Shown here: piece by piece, positions 1 through 13,596 of the stretch | How positions within the stretch are numbered: the stretch's first letter is position 1 | Layout of the letters: every line of letters begins with the position of its first letter | DNA from: Octopus sinensis | Taxonomy: Eukaryota | DNA: 64,000 nt | Assembly (NCBI RefSeq): GCF_006345805.1 | Contig: NC_043008.1 | Location: forward strand, 29,698,001 to 29,762,000 | Direction: 5' to 3' | Notes under the pieces: model-generated | The model's database searches: none | The model's input: only the letters and a program-made list of their open reading frames with translations | What the model was told of the DNA's origin: nothing | Translations under genes and position numbers: made by a program

Positions 1-2539
1 TATTTGTAAATAATTAAGCAGCATTTTTATATCACCTAATAACTCATTCATTTAAACTTTAAACCATTTCCATAGTGGTGTTATTGCCCTCAGATCATAA
101 TTCGTAATATAAATTTTGAACTTCAAACATATATCTATATATTTGTATGAATGATATATATATGTTCATACATATGCATGTCTATACTTGAATGTGTGTA
201 TGTGTGTGTAAGTGTTGGTGTGTGCGCGACACACACACGCAAGTACATACTTACAAGCACGCGCGTGCACACATATGTAAGTGTCAGCGTAATTTAGTGA
301 TAGAAATGAATATGTTAATTGACAATGGATTAGAGAACTAGCAATTTATCGTATCTAAGCATACCATTAGGGCTATACTTCATTTGCAGAATGTACTGCA
401 TACACTCTCACAGATAACAAAAGACCTATATTACATTTTCATAATGATAGGTAAGTAGATAGCGCTACATACAAATATAGACGTATATTTATATAGATAT
501 AAAACTATGCTTGACTATATACAGATAGATAGATAATAGATAGATTGATAATATATAGATATATACATACATACATACATACATACATACATACATACAT
601 ACATACACACATACATACATAAGCGCGTTTACAACCATATATACAAATACATTCATATATATCCCACCATTACGTTGTTTGGCTTCCACATCTCAGATCA
701 ATGAAGACACATTCACTTACTTGCCTCATCAATCAAAACAGCTGCTCAGAGTAAAATAAAACCAGTTCGGCGGCGATTTAAATTCTGCAAATGTTCAAAT
801 ATCGGTAAATATCTAAGCACGCATGCACGTAATATTTGACGTATGGTTTATAAGCTCGTTTAAATATATGTACACACTATTGTAATCATATACATTTGCT
901 TCCAGCATATGAAACTATTTCCTAATAATCGAATATCTTCCAGCAGCATTTTCAATTCTGTCAAAATATAAATATCTTTTGTGCTAATAAAAATTCTGCA
1001 ATATATAGCCATTTAAAATTTTTCAGCATAGGTTAACTATATTTTATTGAATTTTCAAAATATATATAAGCATCTGCAACAAAAATACCACACATAGAAA
1101 TATTAGCATTATTTGCTGCAAGCGGAAGAGCTATAGGAAGGAATGGTTTTTAATTTAGGCAAAATTCCTTCAGTTATAAGCATCGGTCCCTGTTTTTCAC
1201 CTGTTCTTTATTCTGTTAACCTATCAGGGGATGAAGGAATTGTCCTCGGTGCGATTTACCACAATGATTATTTTTCGAATATTATAAATCTACTTCTAAT
1301 TAATACGTTCATTTGCAAACCACCCGAATATAGATAACTTAAAATATTATAATCAATTTGCATTTCTACCAGTGGAAAGTGGTACATTAAAAAAGGTAAC
1401 AAACGGATGATCCCATGTAAGTTAACGTAATATGTCATATTTCAATACTGAAATTGCATTTTATCTGAAAACAAATCGTATCTACATAATCTGACAAATA
1501 GCATTTATATAACTAAATAGACTTAAATAAAAAATATTTAAACACGGTTTGTTATCTGCAAAAGCACAGGATTTAGAGCGTCTATTAGTGTCCTGGGCAA
1601 AAAAAACAATTCGTCCTTTATAAAATCCGAAATATATTGCACTCACTATACAAATGAGAAACAATATACATGTTTTTCTTTTGCATTGAAAAATATATCT
1701 TTAACATAATAAAGCAGGGAAACGGATACAAAAATAGTTGTTGAAAAATTAAATTCAAAGCAGAATAAAAAGGTTAAATCGAACAGAAGATGAGGACTAA
1801 GATATCTCCTTATAAAATTCCATGAATATTTGCATCAGCTGCATTGTGAAAAACATAGCCACCAAACAGTTCGAAAGATCACTGATAAAAAGAGCTTGAC
1901 AGTTAGGTCGGAAGAATAAAGCCCTATAAATATATTCAGATGCAGAATATGTTCGATGACTACATACCCACAGGAGTTTATGAGATTATCGAACATACTG
2001 TAAATGACCCGCTGATTACGTCGGAATATATTATGAAGTAAGGCTTGAATGCCGCAAAGAGAATAAAACCCTAAGTGCATTACACTGGTTTAAGCACTTC
2101 TAAGAGAATGTGTTATAAAATCTGTGTGGTTATATTGGGATTTTTAGGTATGTACGAGGTAAAAGATAAGTGCAAAACGATGGGATATCAAAGCCAAATC
2201 CTGTGTACTGATTCATGTCACTTAACTGGTAATATCATAACGCCAAAGGAAGCATAAAACCTTCAAATCACTAAAAAATATGAAAATGGAAAATAAGCAG
2301 TTTGTTAAAAATTGATCCTTTAGTTTAAGTTACGAGAATTAAGTTCTAAGATGCAGCGAACATAAAACATCGAAAAATTGATTGAAATGGCCATTGACAA
2401 AGTACACAGGATATCATGTCTAGAAAGTTTTCAAATTTTCAGGACGACAATATTATTGGAATATCTCATATCGAAATTTATTTATCACAGAAACACTTTA
2501 CGTGATGATGATCATCATCATGATGATCTTTTATACTTA

Positions 2540-3540
2540 TTGGCCTCAAGGGCCAATCAAAACAAAAAAGGGAAAACACAAAAGAAAGGCCAAGTGGAGC
2601 TGGGCGCAAGAACAATGAACAATAAAATTCTCCCAAAGGAAACGTTGAGTCCCACCCAATTACAAACGACAAACCTGGTTACCTCGACCACCTGAGGCAT
2701 CTCAGCAGGTGCTTCTCTCCTCTGTTCCCCTGATTTACAAGCGTATGATAATAATATACCCATCCACCTAGGTCATCTTCGCCACTTTCCCCCACTTTTC
2801 AGCGAAAACAGTGGTGCGAGAGTACTTCCCACTCCATCTTCCATTTCATTTGCAAGATGAACATGGAAAAGTCGATGAGGGGTTGGCAAGAGTAAACTAA
2901 CTGCATTCTCTCCTTTCAACCCCTTCTACCACACTACCACGTTCGCCAGAGGCACCAGGCAGAGGAGAGCTGCCTTCTCTTCCCGGCTAAAACAAAGCGT
3001 ACGGGCGAATATCACGATGGACCTGGTTGGTAGCCGGATCCGTCCAATATGAGTCAACAGCTGTCCGACAAAGCTTCACAAGTCAGCAATACCCGGACAC
3101 TGGCTGAACGAATGCACAACGGTTTCATCGCACTGTGCACATCTCATTCCGTGCCTGAGGAGACCATCTCAAACTGATAGAGTTAACTAATGGCACTGCT
3201 AGGCCGGGGATTTTCTGGAAATTGTCCATAGGCTCCGGCCCAAAAGTCCTCCAGAAAAACAAATGACCAGCTAATTGAGCCCTCGGGACACCCAATGTTT
3301 CACTGAGATCGTTGTCGCTCAAGGCCATAACAAAAGTCTATAGAACTCTAATGTGCAATTTCCTCGGAGCTCATCGCTTTTTATCGGTCTACGCTTAACC
3401 CAAGAGCGTAGATCCGTCAAATGAGACGAGCTGCCTGGTTATTGTCGACCACACCTGCTCACCTTTAAGGAAAAACTGGACATATCGCAGCCTCAGCGCA
3501 TGTCTGCACATTACTAGCTAGGGCATATTCCCGCCACCAA
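2540..3540 (-). mobile_element. Decayed L1/Tx1-like LINE 3' fragment
   Basis: RTFGPEPMDNFQK, then a CCHC knuckle C..CDETVVHSFSQCP, then a 3' UTR; more GC-rich than the flanks. Confidence 0.75.
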
Positions 3541-4535
3541 TCAGCGCCGCCATCCATTTGAGGCAAAAAACGGAGTGTTTTGAGACGTCTTATATCTAAC
3601 TATCTACGCTACCTCTTACTTCCTCTTCCGTGTGTGTTAAAAAGATTGCGTTGCTATATCCGTTTATAAACTTATTTCTCCAAGATAAACTGAAAATTTT
3701 CTTTCGAAATTGCTCACGCTAATTACACACAAATAAACAAATCGGACTTATGCAATGGTGATGTTTTAAAGAGCGTTTTGTAAGAAAGTAAGCAATTAAC
3801 TTATGGAGATACCAATTAAATTTTAGAATAAAAAGCAAGAAGGCATGCAAGCATCCAGGTCTAATAATAACAACAACAATAGCAACGATAACAACAACAA
3901 AGATATATTACCTCCAAGATCTATGAAGGACCTATATGACAATATTTATGCCCATATGTAGCCTTCGTTTTCGAACGTTAGATCGAAATGGAAAAACAAA
4001 ATCTTTACAACATAAAAATTCAGCAATATTATTTAGCTTATATACTCTAGTTAATCCTTAATCAGGAAATACTTTCTCTGGAAGGTAACATATTAGTTGC
4101 ATAAATCCGTTTGAGAAAAAGTCGCTCACGCCTTGCTTTGATTTTATATTAACAATATTATTAACTAACAGAGTGGTGCATCCAATGTTGTTGTTTAAAT
4201 ACTTCTTAATTGTAACTTGTATAAGTAACATTATTGAAAGAAGACAAGGAATATGATTGAGTTCTTAGAGATTGTTTCAGAAATTGTTAAGAGAAGTTTA
4301 GAAGTAGTTTCGTTGAGCAAATTTTCAGTATATTTCAAACCAATCTTAGGAAACGACAGCTCTCTCATTCTCGATTATAGTTAACAACAATATTCTTATT
4401 TAATCCGAGAAAGGTGTTTCGAAAATGCCATTAAATAGTTGGTTCACCTGTTACCAAATTGTAACTTGTAAGATGGATTTATATGCGCACAAATGCACGC
4501 ATTGATAGTTAAATGTGTATGTCTATGTATGTTCC

Positions 4536-4644
<109 letters not shown>

Positions 4645-5639
4645 TACATGTATATATATATATATGTATGTACGTTTATATGTATGTGTGTATCTGTATC
4701 TTTATATATATATGTGTGTATATATGAGAATGCACTCCATTGATGGTGTGATCAACGATGCATAAAACTGTCACCAATCGAAAGTTTACCGAACATTAGT
4801 GCCAACCTTATACTGTTTTAGCTTAGACTTGCACGTTTCATTATCGACGCATCAATAACTTCAGAGCAAAGTCAGAAATCCTTTCGGCTACGAAGTCGTC
4901 CTCGTACTGCATCAGATCGCCTATATATACAGACACGCATGGGCACAAACAATTGCACGCAATACACACACACATACACATGCTTGAATACCCACACATA
5001 CACACACCGCACGCGTACATATTAAGCTCCAAATACTTGATTGAAAAAGTGATTTAAATTCTTTATTAGCTGCAAAACAATATTCTTTCTACGCCGTCTG
5101 GAATACCTACTGTGAGATTCTAATCATTTGTAACCGTAGTTGCGTTGATTATGATAAATTCTTCGTAGGAAACAAAAGCACTGACGCCTTACAAGTTTTA
5201 TGATGTTCTGTAACCAGATCGTGATGAGGTGAGATTTCAAGGTAGCACATACACTGATTTTGACTTTGATAGACACGACAGTAACCGACCGTGAACCTCC
5301 TGGAAGTTGTATTAAATGTAGATCCAAAATTGGCAAAGGAACATGAAATAAATAGGAAAAACGTGACATGCTACATCACTTTAGCAGGGTTTGCTCAGAA
5401 TGTTCTTTACATATGCAAGCCGAGATTTGCTTGCTCATTTCCTCTGAATCCCTATAGGAGAGAAACGCATCAATAAGTTCTTAGAGTCAGAAGTGTTCAA
5501 AAATTTCTATTCAGTCCGTTCCCTATGGTTTGCGAACGTCAACACATGCACGCATATACACGCTCGCACACAAATGCTTATATATACGTACACATGCATA
5601 CATAGAAACATACATATATATGTCTAAATTCATAGATAT

Positions 5640-5701
<62 letters not shown>

Positions 5702-7349
5702 CCCCCAATAATCAGTCGTGGGCACCGACAGCATATGCTGGTTTACTCCCGCCGTATCGTGCTTGTTCCGTACGTCTTTGAGCAACATCAAATTCATTTA
5801 TCCGTCCATAAACACTTTCCAAGTTTTCCTATCATTTATAAACTCTCTTGATTCTCTCACTCCAACACATCTGACAAACAAAGCTTTACTCATTCCATTC
5901 ATCTTCACAAACCGACAGTAGCAGTACTGGTAAGGGTCCCAGCAATGGGTTAACTAGCAAAACCACTTTGCAACTGGTGGTTGAATGGGGCTGGAGTGAA
6001 GGTACTGGGAATCCACTCCTCCTAGTAATTTCTATTTTCCTAAGAAGACAAGAAGAAAAGGCGACCCACAAATATAGATAACTTAAATATATATAGCAAA
6101 AAAAATAAATAAAATACGCCTTGTCACAGCAAATTAAAATCAGTTAAGCTTTATATTCCCTACACTATCACTAGACTATCAAACTATTGTATAGGCTATA
6201 TAGTATTGGTTCATCATACTGCTGCACACACGCAGTAAATGATAATTATTTAAACTTTCCCATATTTCTAAGTATATTCGAAGCGAAATATTAATTTCGT
6301 TCAAAGTTTATCTTCTTATCTCTCGCTTATTCCAATTTTGCTCTCCAAATTATTATATTCACTTGAGATATCTTTGATAAAGGAGACTTTCTTGAACTCT
6401 TGTAGCATCTTTGTCAAACTAATAATAGGCTATATTTCTTCTCATCCCAGTAATTATCGAATAATATTGAGAATGCATGGCAAGCCGTTCACATGACACA
6501 GCCATAGAAATTTGAAGCTGGTGATGTTTATTTTGATTGATGATTACCATTATCGTTCGCCTTTGTCTTCATTGGTGAACTCACCAATGCAAGGCCACAG
6601 ACACTGATTCCTAGTGCTTCCTGACTTAGGCATGTATTTTATAATTGCCATTTTGTGTTACGACTTAGCAAGTTGTAACTACTATATATAAAAGCTATTT
6701 TTCACATAGATAAGCAAATATTATTCTACAATCGACACGCTTTTAATTCCGATCGATATATAGTAATATCATTTTATATCAGATGGGGTGTATGCACAAT
6801 AATACTGATATCTAGCAGAGAAAATTTTACCTGAAAGTTTAAAGGCAACATTTATTTTTAGCCTATGTGAATTATTAGTATGAGATATTACATAATATGC
6901 AGATTTACTGAGGTGTAAATGTAATATTTACTTTCCCTAAACAATGAGGTTAAGAAATAATTTTTACATATTTCGTACTCTGTGAACAAAACCAACATGT
7001 GTAACAAAAGCTACTTTACTCTATAGAGCTTCCTAGTGACAAATAAACTAAAGTGTTTTTAATTATATGATATATCTGGGTATATCATAAGATTGACAGA
7101 ATAAACCAACTATCTTAGCCATTTGGAAGAGTGACACCTTCAGTGGTATGTATTGACCGATTATGAAACACCAGCTATGTAACGTTCGTTCTTACATAGT
7201 TGAAATATTCTTAAAAATAATGTATTCAAAACACTATAACATTATCGAAAATTGTGCTTATTATTTATACTAATGGTGACAGGAAGATACTTATCATCTT
7301 CTGAATTGTATAAAGATGCATAGATAATAAATAAATAGATAGACATATA

Positions 7350-7416
<67 letters not shown>

Positions 7417-10400
7417 ACATTTGCGTCTTCAGACAGAACAATATATTCCACATTACCAAATGAATTCCTTGGTCGGTAGAGCATCTAAATAGTAGAACGA
7501 ACACTGTTGCTGACAATCTCTATGCCCTACTTTCAAATCAGTTTTGTATCCTAGCAGAGAGAATATGTAATTTCAGTCTTCATGATAACTCGTTCTTTTC
7601 CCTTTCATGGATAATACCTCAAGACGCATCATTATGACCAAATGCAATACAGGTTTTAGGAAAACATTTCGGTTAGATGCAATGTAAGTAATGCTACTTA
7701 CGAGTGATATTGTTCAGATGCTATGTTATGATAAAAGTGAATTTCAGTGACTACTTTTGCTTGAAAGTTCTATTATTTAGCTGCATTTTCATTGGTCTTC
7801 TCAGTCATATGCTCTTTGTTAGCTAGTTTTAGAGATATCTGGTTGTGTATTATAAAATGTTCTAGAGATTACTACGTCTTTTGCAGCTTCTGTATAAAAT
7901 CGCTTCCGAATTTCCAGCAGCGCACATTTTTATCCGCTTACGTTTTTTTTTTTCATTCGGAACATGTGTGTCTCTCTAGAAGCCTCCTTTCCTATGAACA
8001 CACATGCGTTTGTGTGTTTCCCTTTGGATTTTAGGCAATGTGCTTGGTACTCTCTACTTTCTCTAGCGACCACTTTCTGCTAAATCTTGACCGTTAATGG
8101 AATATTGCATTCCTTTCAGTGAATCCCTCTCATTATCCATCCATTATCTCATCCGTTCTCTCTGCAGGCCTTCTATTTATCCCTTGATATATTATTTCCA
8201 AATAGTTTTCTATTCTTACTGTACAGACATATATGCGTGTATGTATGTACGAATTTTTTAATTCTTTTATTCTTTTACTTGTTCCAGCCTAAGGAGACTG
8301 TGGCCATGGTGGGGTACCGCCACTATGTATATATACATACATACATACGTACGTACATATGTATTTTCCCAGGCGCACATTTAAGGATAAGTAAATTTCG
8401 ATGTAAGTATTTTATTTTACTGAATCCAAATCATACCGCTCAACAAAAGAGCATGCATCAATATTAGATGCCAAAAATTCGGGGAAACCCTGCGTGAAAA
8501 ATTTTAAAATAGTACCTGCCTCTTTCTTAAATAGTATGCTGTGACGTTCATATAAGAGACATTACGTTTGGTAATACATTAGAAGATGTACTGCGCTTGG
8601 AAATAGGATTGTGTGTTTAGAATCCCAGCCTTTAATACAATAGCTTACTCAAGCATTGTCGTGTTATTTCTGAACAGAACTCCAACGAAAATATCATCGC
8701 AAACTGCAGATAAACGACATAGCAAACCAGAGGGGGAATGTATAAAAAAACATACTAAATATGAATGAATCCTAATAATTTCGGAAATACTGACTTAGTT
8801 CATTTATATTTTATCATAAGATAAATATGTGTTTATAAACAACATGAATGTGTGAGCTAAAGTTATATATTCGAGTGATGATGCATTCTGTAAAATTAAA
8901 TATTCAACGGAATAGCTTCGTAACATGGTGGTTAGGAAAATAAATATATATGTATATATTGTGTGCTACACACTGAACAGTAGGAGCTAATTTAAGAAAA
9001 TTCTATGACAGATTGTTTGTTTCTGGTATTTTTGTGTGGGAATATAGAATTTTACCAAATTTTTTGGTGATGCTCTAAATGGGGAAAACCATTTTATTAA
9101 TGTAAAATGCATAACATATATTAATACCGGACCATCAAAAGTATATATATATATATATATATATATGTTTGTGTGTTTGAGTGTGTATTTGTGTATGTGT
9201 GTGCTTGTGTGTGTTTGTGTGTGTGTTTGAGTGTGTTTGTGTGTGTATGTATGTGCGTGTTTGTGTGTGTATGTATCTGTATGATTGTGCGTGTGTATAC
9301 GTGTGTGCATGTGTATGTTCATATATACATGTAAGTTTTGTAAGCCTTCCATGACTTTCTCATTAACTTCTAAGAAATGCTCAGCCGAAGAGGAAAACAT
9401 TTTATCTCAAAGCGAAAATAAAAGAGAAACAAGATACTTAACCATTATCTTAACTGAAAGAAATTCTTCACATTTTAATTTAAACGAATATTTTATTAAT
9501 GAGGATATTAATTTTGTGTTATACAGGCCATACAGACAAGCAGCCATCGCTCCAATGGAGGTTTGCAAATTCTCTTCATTGAACATACGGCTTTATTACT
9601 TGAATAGATTACAGAAAATGTCATAACGTCTTAAACTCTCGCTTAAGTATTTGAAATTTTATGTCTTTGAATCCATGTATAAAGGATGATAACATTCCGT
9701 TTTATGTTTCTAACGTAGTCTTTGAAATAATGAACTTAATGTAATTCTGCGAAAACTTCTTGAAAAATGTTACTGATGAAGAGCTAAACTATATGTCATA
9801 CGAACTTTACGTATCTACAATAGATAATTTTTGTATGTAACTAACTTTTTGGGTTTATGCCTTCACCAGGTTGTAGACGAGATATTTACCCTATGTGTGT
9901 ATACATATAATGTATGCATATAATAAATATGTGTGCAGTGAATGTGTGTGCGTGTGTGTGTGCGAACGCGTATTCAACGTTAAAAGTGTATGATGTTGCT
10001 GAAAAAAAAACAACACTAAATTCGACTTTCCCTTTGATTTCGCAGCTTTCATTAAATTTTTATCAACATATAATGTTATTGGTCTCCTAAAGTATATTTT
10101 GTATGTCTTGTCGTAAATAGAAAGAAAAATACATCATTATTTTAGTTGAAAACACACCAACCTCCTAAGAGAATTTTCCTGTCGACGTAAGCTGAATAAA
10201 TTCTCAGAATCTTAGACTAAAGATAAACTATTAGAGATAGGATTTGAAAATCAGTGATATTAGAGCGTTGTGGAATTTATAGTTTTAATTGCTTTACACT
10301 TTATTCAGTCAGCCCTTAAAGTCTAAAAGAACGACCACTGTACATATACCAATCGAAATACATGCTTAATCAATGAAATTTATTGCATGCAAATGCTCGA

Positions 10401-10456
10401 TGGATGCCAGATGCAAATATAATCATACCAAGAGATTTCAAACAGAAAGATATATT

Positions 10457-11044
10457 TTACTTCTACTCTAGGCATAAGGCCCGAAATTTTGGGGGAGTGG
10501 GCCAATCGATTAGATCGACCCCAGTGCGTAACTGGTACTTAATTTATCGACCCCGAAAGGATGAAAGGCAAAGATGACCTCGGCGGAATTGAAGTCAGAA
10601 CGTAAAGACAACCGAAATACCGCTAAGCATTTCGCCCGACGTGCTAAATTTCTGCCATCTCACCGCCTTAAACAGAAAGATGTACCTAGGCACAAGACTC
10701 GAAATTTTGGGGGAGGGGGGCAGTCGGTTAGATCGACTCCACTATGCAACTGGTACTTAATTTATCGATACCGAAAAGAAGAAAGGCAAAATTTGAAATA
10801 AGAACGTAAAGACGAAATACCTGTTTCTTTATTACCCACAAGGGGCTAAACATAGAGGGGACAAACAAGGACAGACAAACGGATTAAGTCGATTACATCG
10901 ACCCCTGGTATTTAATTTATCGACCTCGAAAGGATGAAAGGCAAAGTCTACCTCGGTGGAATTTGAGCTCACAACGTAACGACAGACGAAATACGGCTAC
11001 GCATTTCGCCCGGCGTGCTAACGTTTCTGCCAGCTCGCCGCCTT
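10457..11044 (-). mobile_element. Cluster of three tRNA-derived SINEs (10457-10669, 10684-10815, 10822-11044)
   Basis: Minus-strand heads aggcggtgag.tggcagaa..ttagcac and B-box-like ga(g)ttcaa(a)ttcc; conserved core gcctttcatcctttcggggtcgataaa (Deu/Nin-like, from memory). Confidence 0.85.
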
Positions 11045-12286
11045 AAACAGAAAGGCATATTGACTTAGGACTAGTCAGTGTACGTTAATAACGATACTTC
11101 TTGTGTAGCTTCTTGTGTAGCTTGTTGATAAAGTTATGAGTAATATTTTATTCTTACCGTCTAGTGAGTGGAATATTCTAAATCTACACATGATTGTACA
11201 TATATAGTCATGTTTGCATTCATTCAAAACTTTCCTTACTATTACTCATATTCTCTAAAATCACTACCGACATTCAAATTTTCAGTGGCTATCCGTACAC
11301 TTTTTATTGCGCATCACGGGTTGACTCTGAAATTCAAACTCGGGTATCGATTAAGGCAATGTGATTCAGTTTCTAATTCACAGTTTTATGGAAGTATAAA
11401 AGAGGGATAAAAAATATTGCTAAGTTAGTGTTAATATGTTTCAATTAAAACCACTACAATTACTACTGGAAGTAATATGCAGAAAAGGAAAATTATTATA
11501 GATATTGGTTTCCTATACATTATACACCGTATTTATCAGTATAGTTGTCTTCATATAATCAAAACAATGACTGACTCAGAATACAATCTCAACTTTTTCG
11601 CATTTCAATTATTTCATAATCAATTTTAAAATCGCTTTTTCACTCGGATCACTTCTGGCGCCAAAGTATTCACGTGTTATCATGTTCTCACGAAAAGTCG
11701 CATCACTGTGTTCAGTGAAAGATGCACTGGATTGCAAATATATTCTTTGTATTATTTTATAATAATTTCTTGTAATACTCAATTTGCATAAAACTTGGAG
11801 CTTATATAGAATGGCGCCTCTATAATTCCATTATTCATAAATGCTCAGATAGTATCAACTGAAACATATTAAAGCTTAAATCCATGGCCGAGTTTCATCA
11901 TTGACAAACTATTTAATAGATAATTGTAAAATTTCGCAGACATATTGACAGAGTGATATGTTATTTTGGCCACTGGTCCTCGTAATATTTATACAAATAA
12001 TTCTCAGATTGTTTAGCTGATGTACGCAATGCTGTATTTCTCATCATATTTCTCAAATACACATTGAATAATTTTCAACATAAATCATTTTGCAGAAACG
12101 GCGTTATTTTCCTACATATTATCAATGTTGATAGAAACGGCTCCATGTTATACACACCAGAGTATGCAACAGCGCAACATAAACTCTTCGTCATTAAACT
12201 AAACATAATAATTACGTACAAGTATCTCAAAAAGAAGACAAGAATAATGTACATGTGTGTGTAAGCATCCATATAAATATATATAC

Positions 12287-12546
12287 TGTGAAGTAGGAAG
12301 CTTGCTTCCCGACCACATAGCTCCTGGTCAAGTTCCATCGAGTGGCACCTTGGGTGTGTTCTGCTAGGATTTCGGGCCGACTAAAGCCTTGTCAATGGAC
12401 TTGGTACAGAGTAACTGAAAGAAGACTGTCGTATATATAAATGCATTTATTTATGTTTGTGTGCTGTGTGTCATTGTGTTTGTGTTTCTCTCTCACCACT
12501 GCTTGTGTTGTGTTTTCGTCACCGTAAATTAGCGGTTCGGCAAAAA
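12287..12546 (+). mobile_element. Diverged CORE-type SINE copy
   Basis: gtggcaccttggg, gggccgactaaagccttgt, actgaaagaag, tagcggttcggcaaaa. Confidence 0.75.
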
Positions 12547-12864
12547 ACCCGAGGTCCCTGTTCGAGGATGGAGTGAAGAGCTTTGAAACGGAACAAGAAG
12601 TTTGTATGAAGAGAGGACGAGTCCATATTCTGGTTACTTAATCAATTATTATTATCTCAACTAACATTGTGGAATTCATCAAGTAAATTGAACGGAAATA
12701 TCCCTTAACTGCGGACGAAACCATGTGTCCCGCATCGTGACAGTGCCTTACTCAATACATTAACCCAAAATTCCAAAATATTACCTATATATTATTTACA
12801 CACACACATACATACATACATACATACATACATACATACATACATACATACATACATACATACA

Positions 12865-12910
<46 letters not shown>

Positions 12911-13533
12911 AATTTTCTATTTTTTATTATAAATACACAGAGTGTGGAAATGAGGAAAGCAAGCTAAGAGAAGTTTTTAAAATTCGTTATTCCCTAAATG
13001 GACGGATTTCGTGATTAATCCACGGGGATTCTTTCTTCTTCGGCGAGAAACACCATTAGAATAAATGGAACACTTTATAATAATTGTTTATAATTTTAAG
13101 CTTGAAAGGTATCTAAATATACAGGACACTGAGAAAGTTTTTGTTCGAAAAATATTATCATTATATTAGAAGTAAATTTATTACCTTTCACTTCAAGACT
13201 GGTAACAACTTTACGTGAGTTTTCCAGACCATCTACAAGTGTGCTGAGGCCTGCTACAGAATGTCTGTTTCGCTATATTTGGGATGCTTAAAACTTCTCA
13301 TGACTTAGCATCTGCTTTTTCTGTGGGTATATGAAAGTGTGCCATTTATTGCAATCATGTTACTGGCTGAAGAAGGAAGAATCCATTTGGATTAATCCAC
13401 AAATCGATCTGATTCAAGAATAACGAATTTAGCTTGCTTCCCTCCTTCGTTTCAACACGCTGTTTATATATAGTGAAGAATATTGTATGTGGTTAGACGA
13501 TCTAAGGCCTATTTTGAGCCTATTATTTTACAT

Positions 13534-13596
<63 letters not shown>

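Noticed and set aside
721-784. Minus-strand exon with good acceptor and GTAAGT donor
   Set aside because: Stops in all three frames; could only be non-coding, and nothing supports that.
5790-5900. RTE-like LINE C-terminus on the minus strand (…EFINDRKTWKVFMDG*)
   Set aside because: Resemblance rests on a few residues; not enough to annotate.
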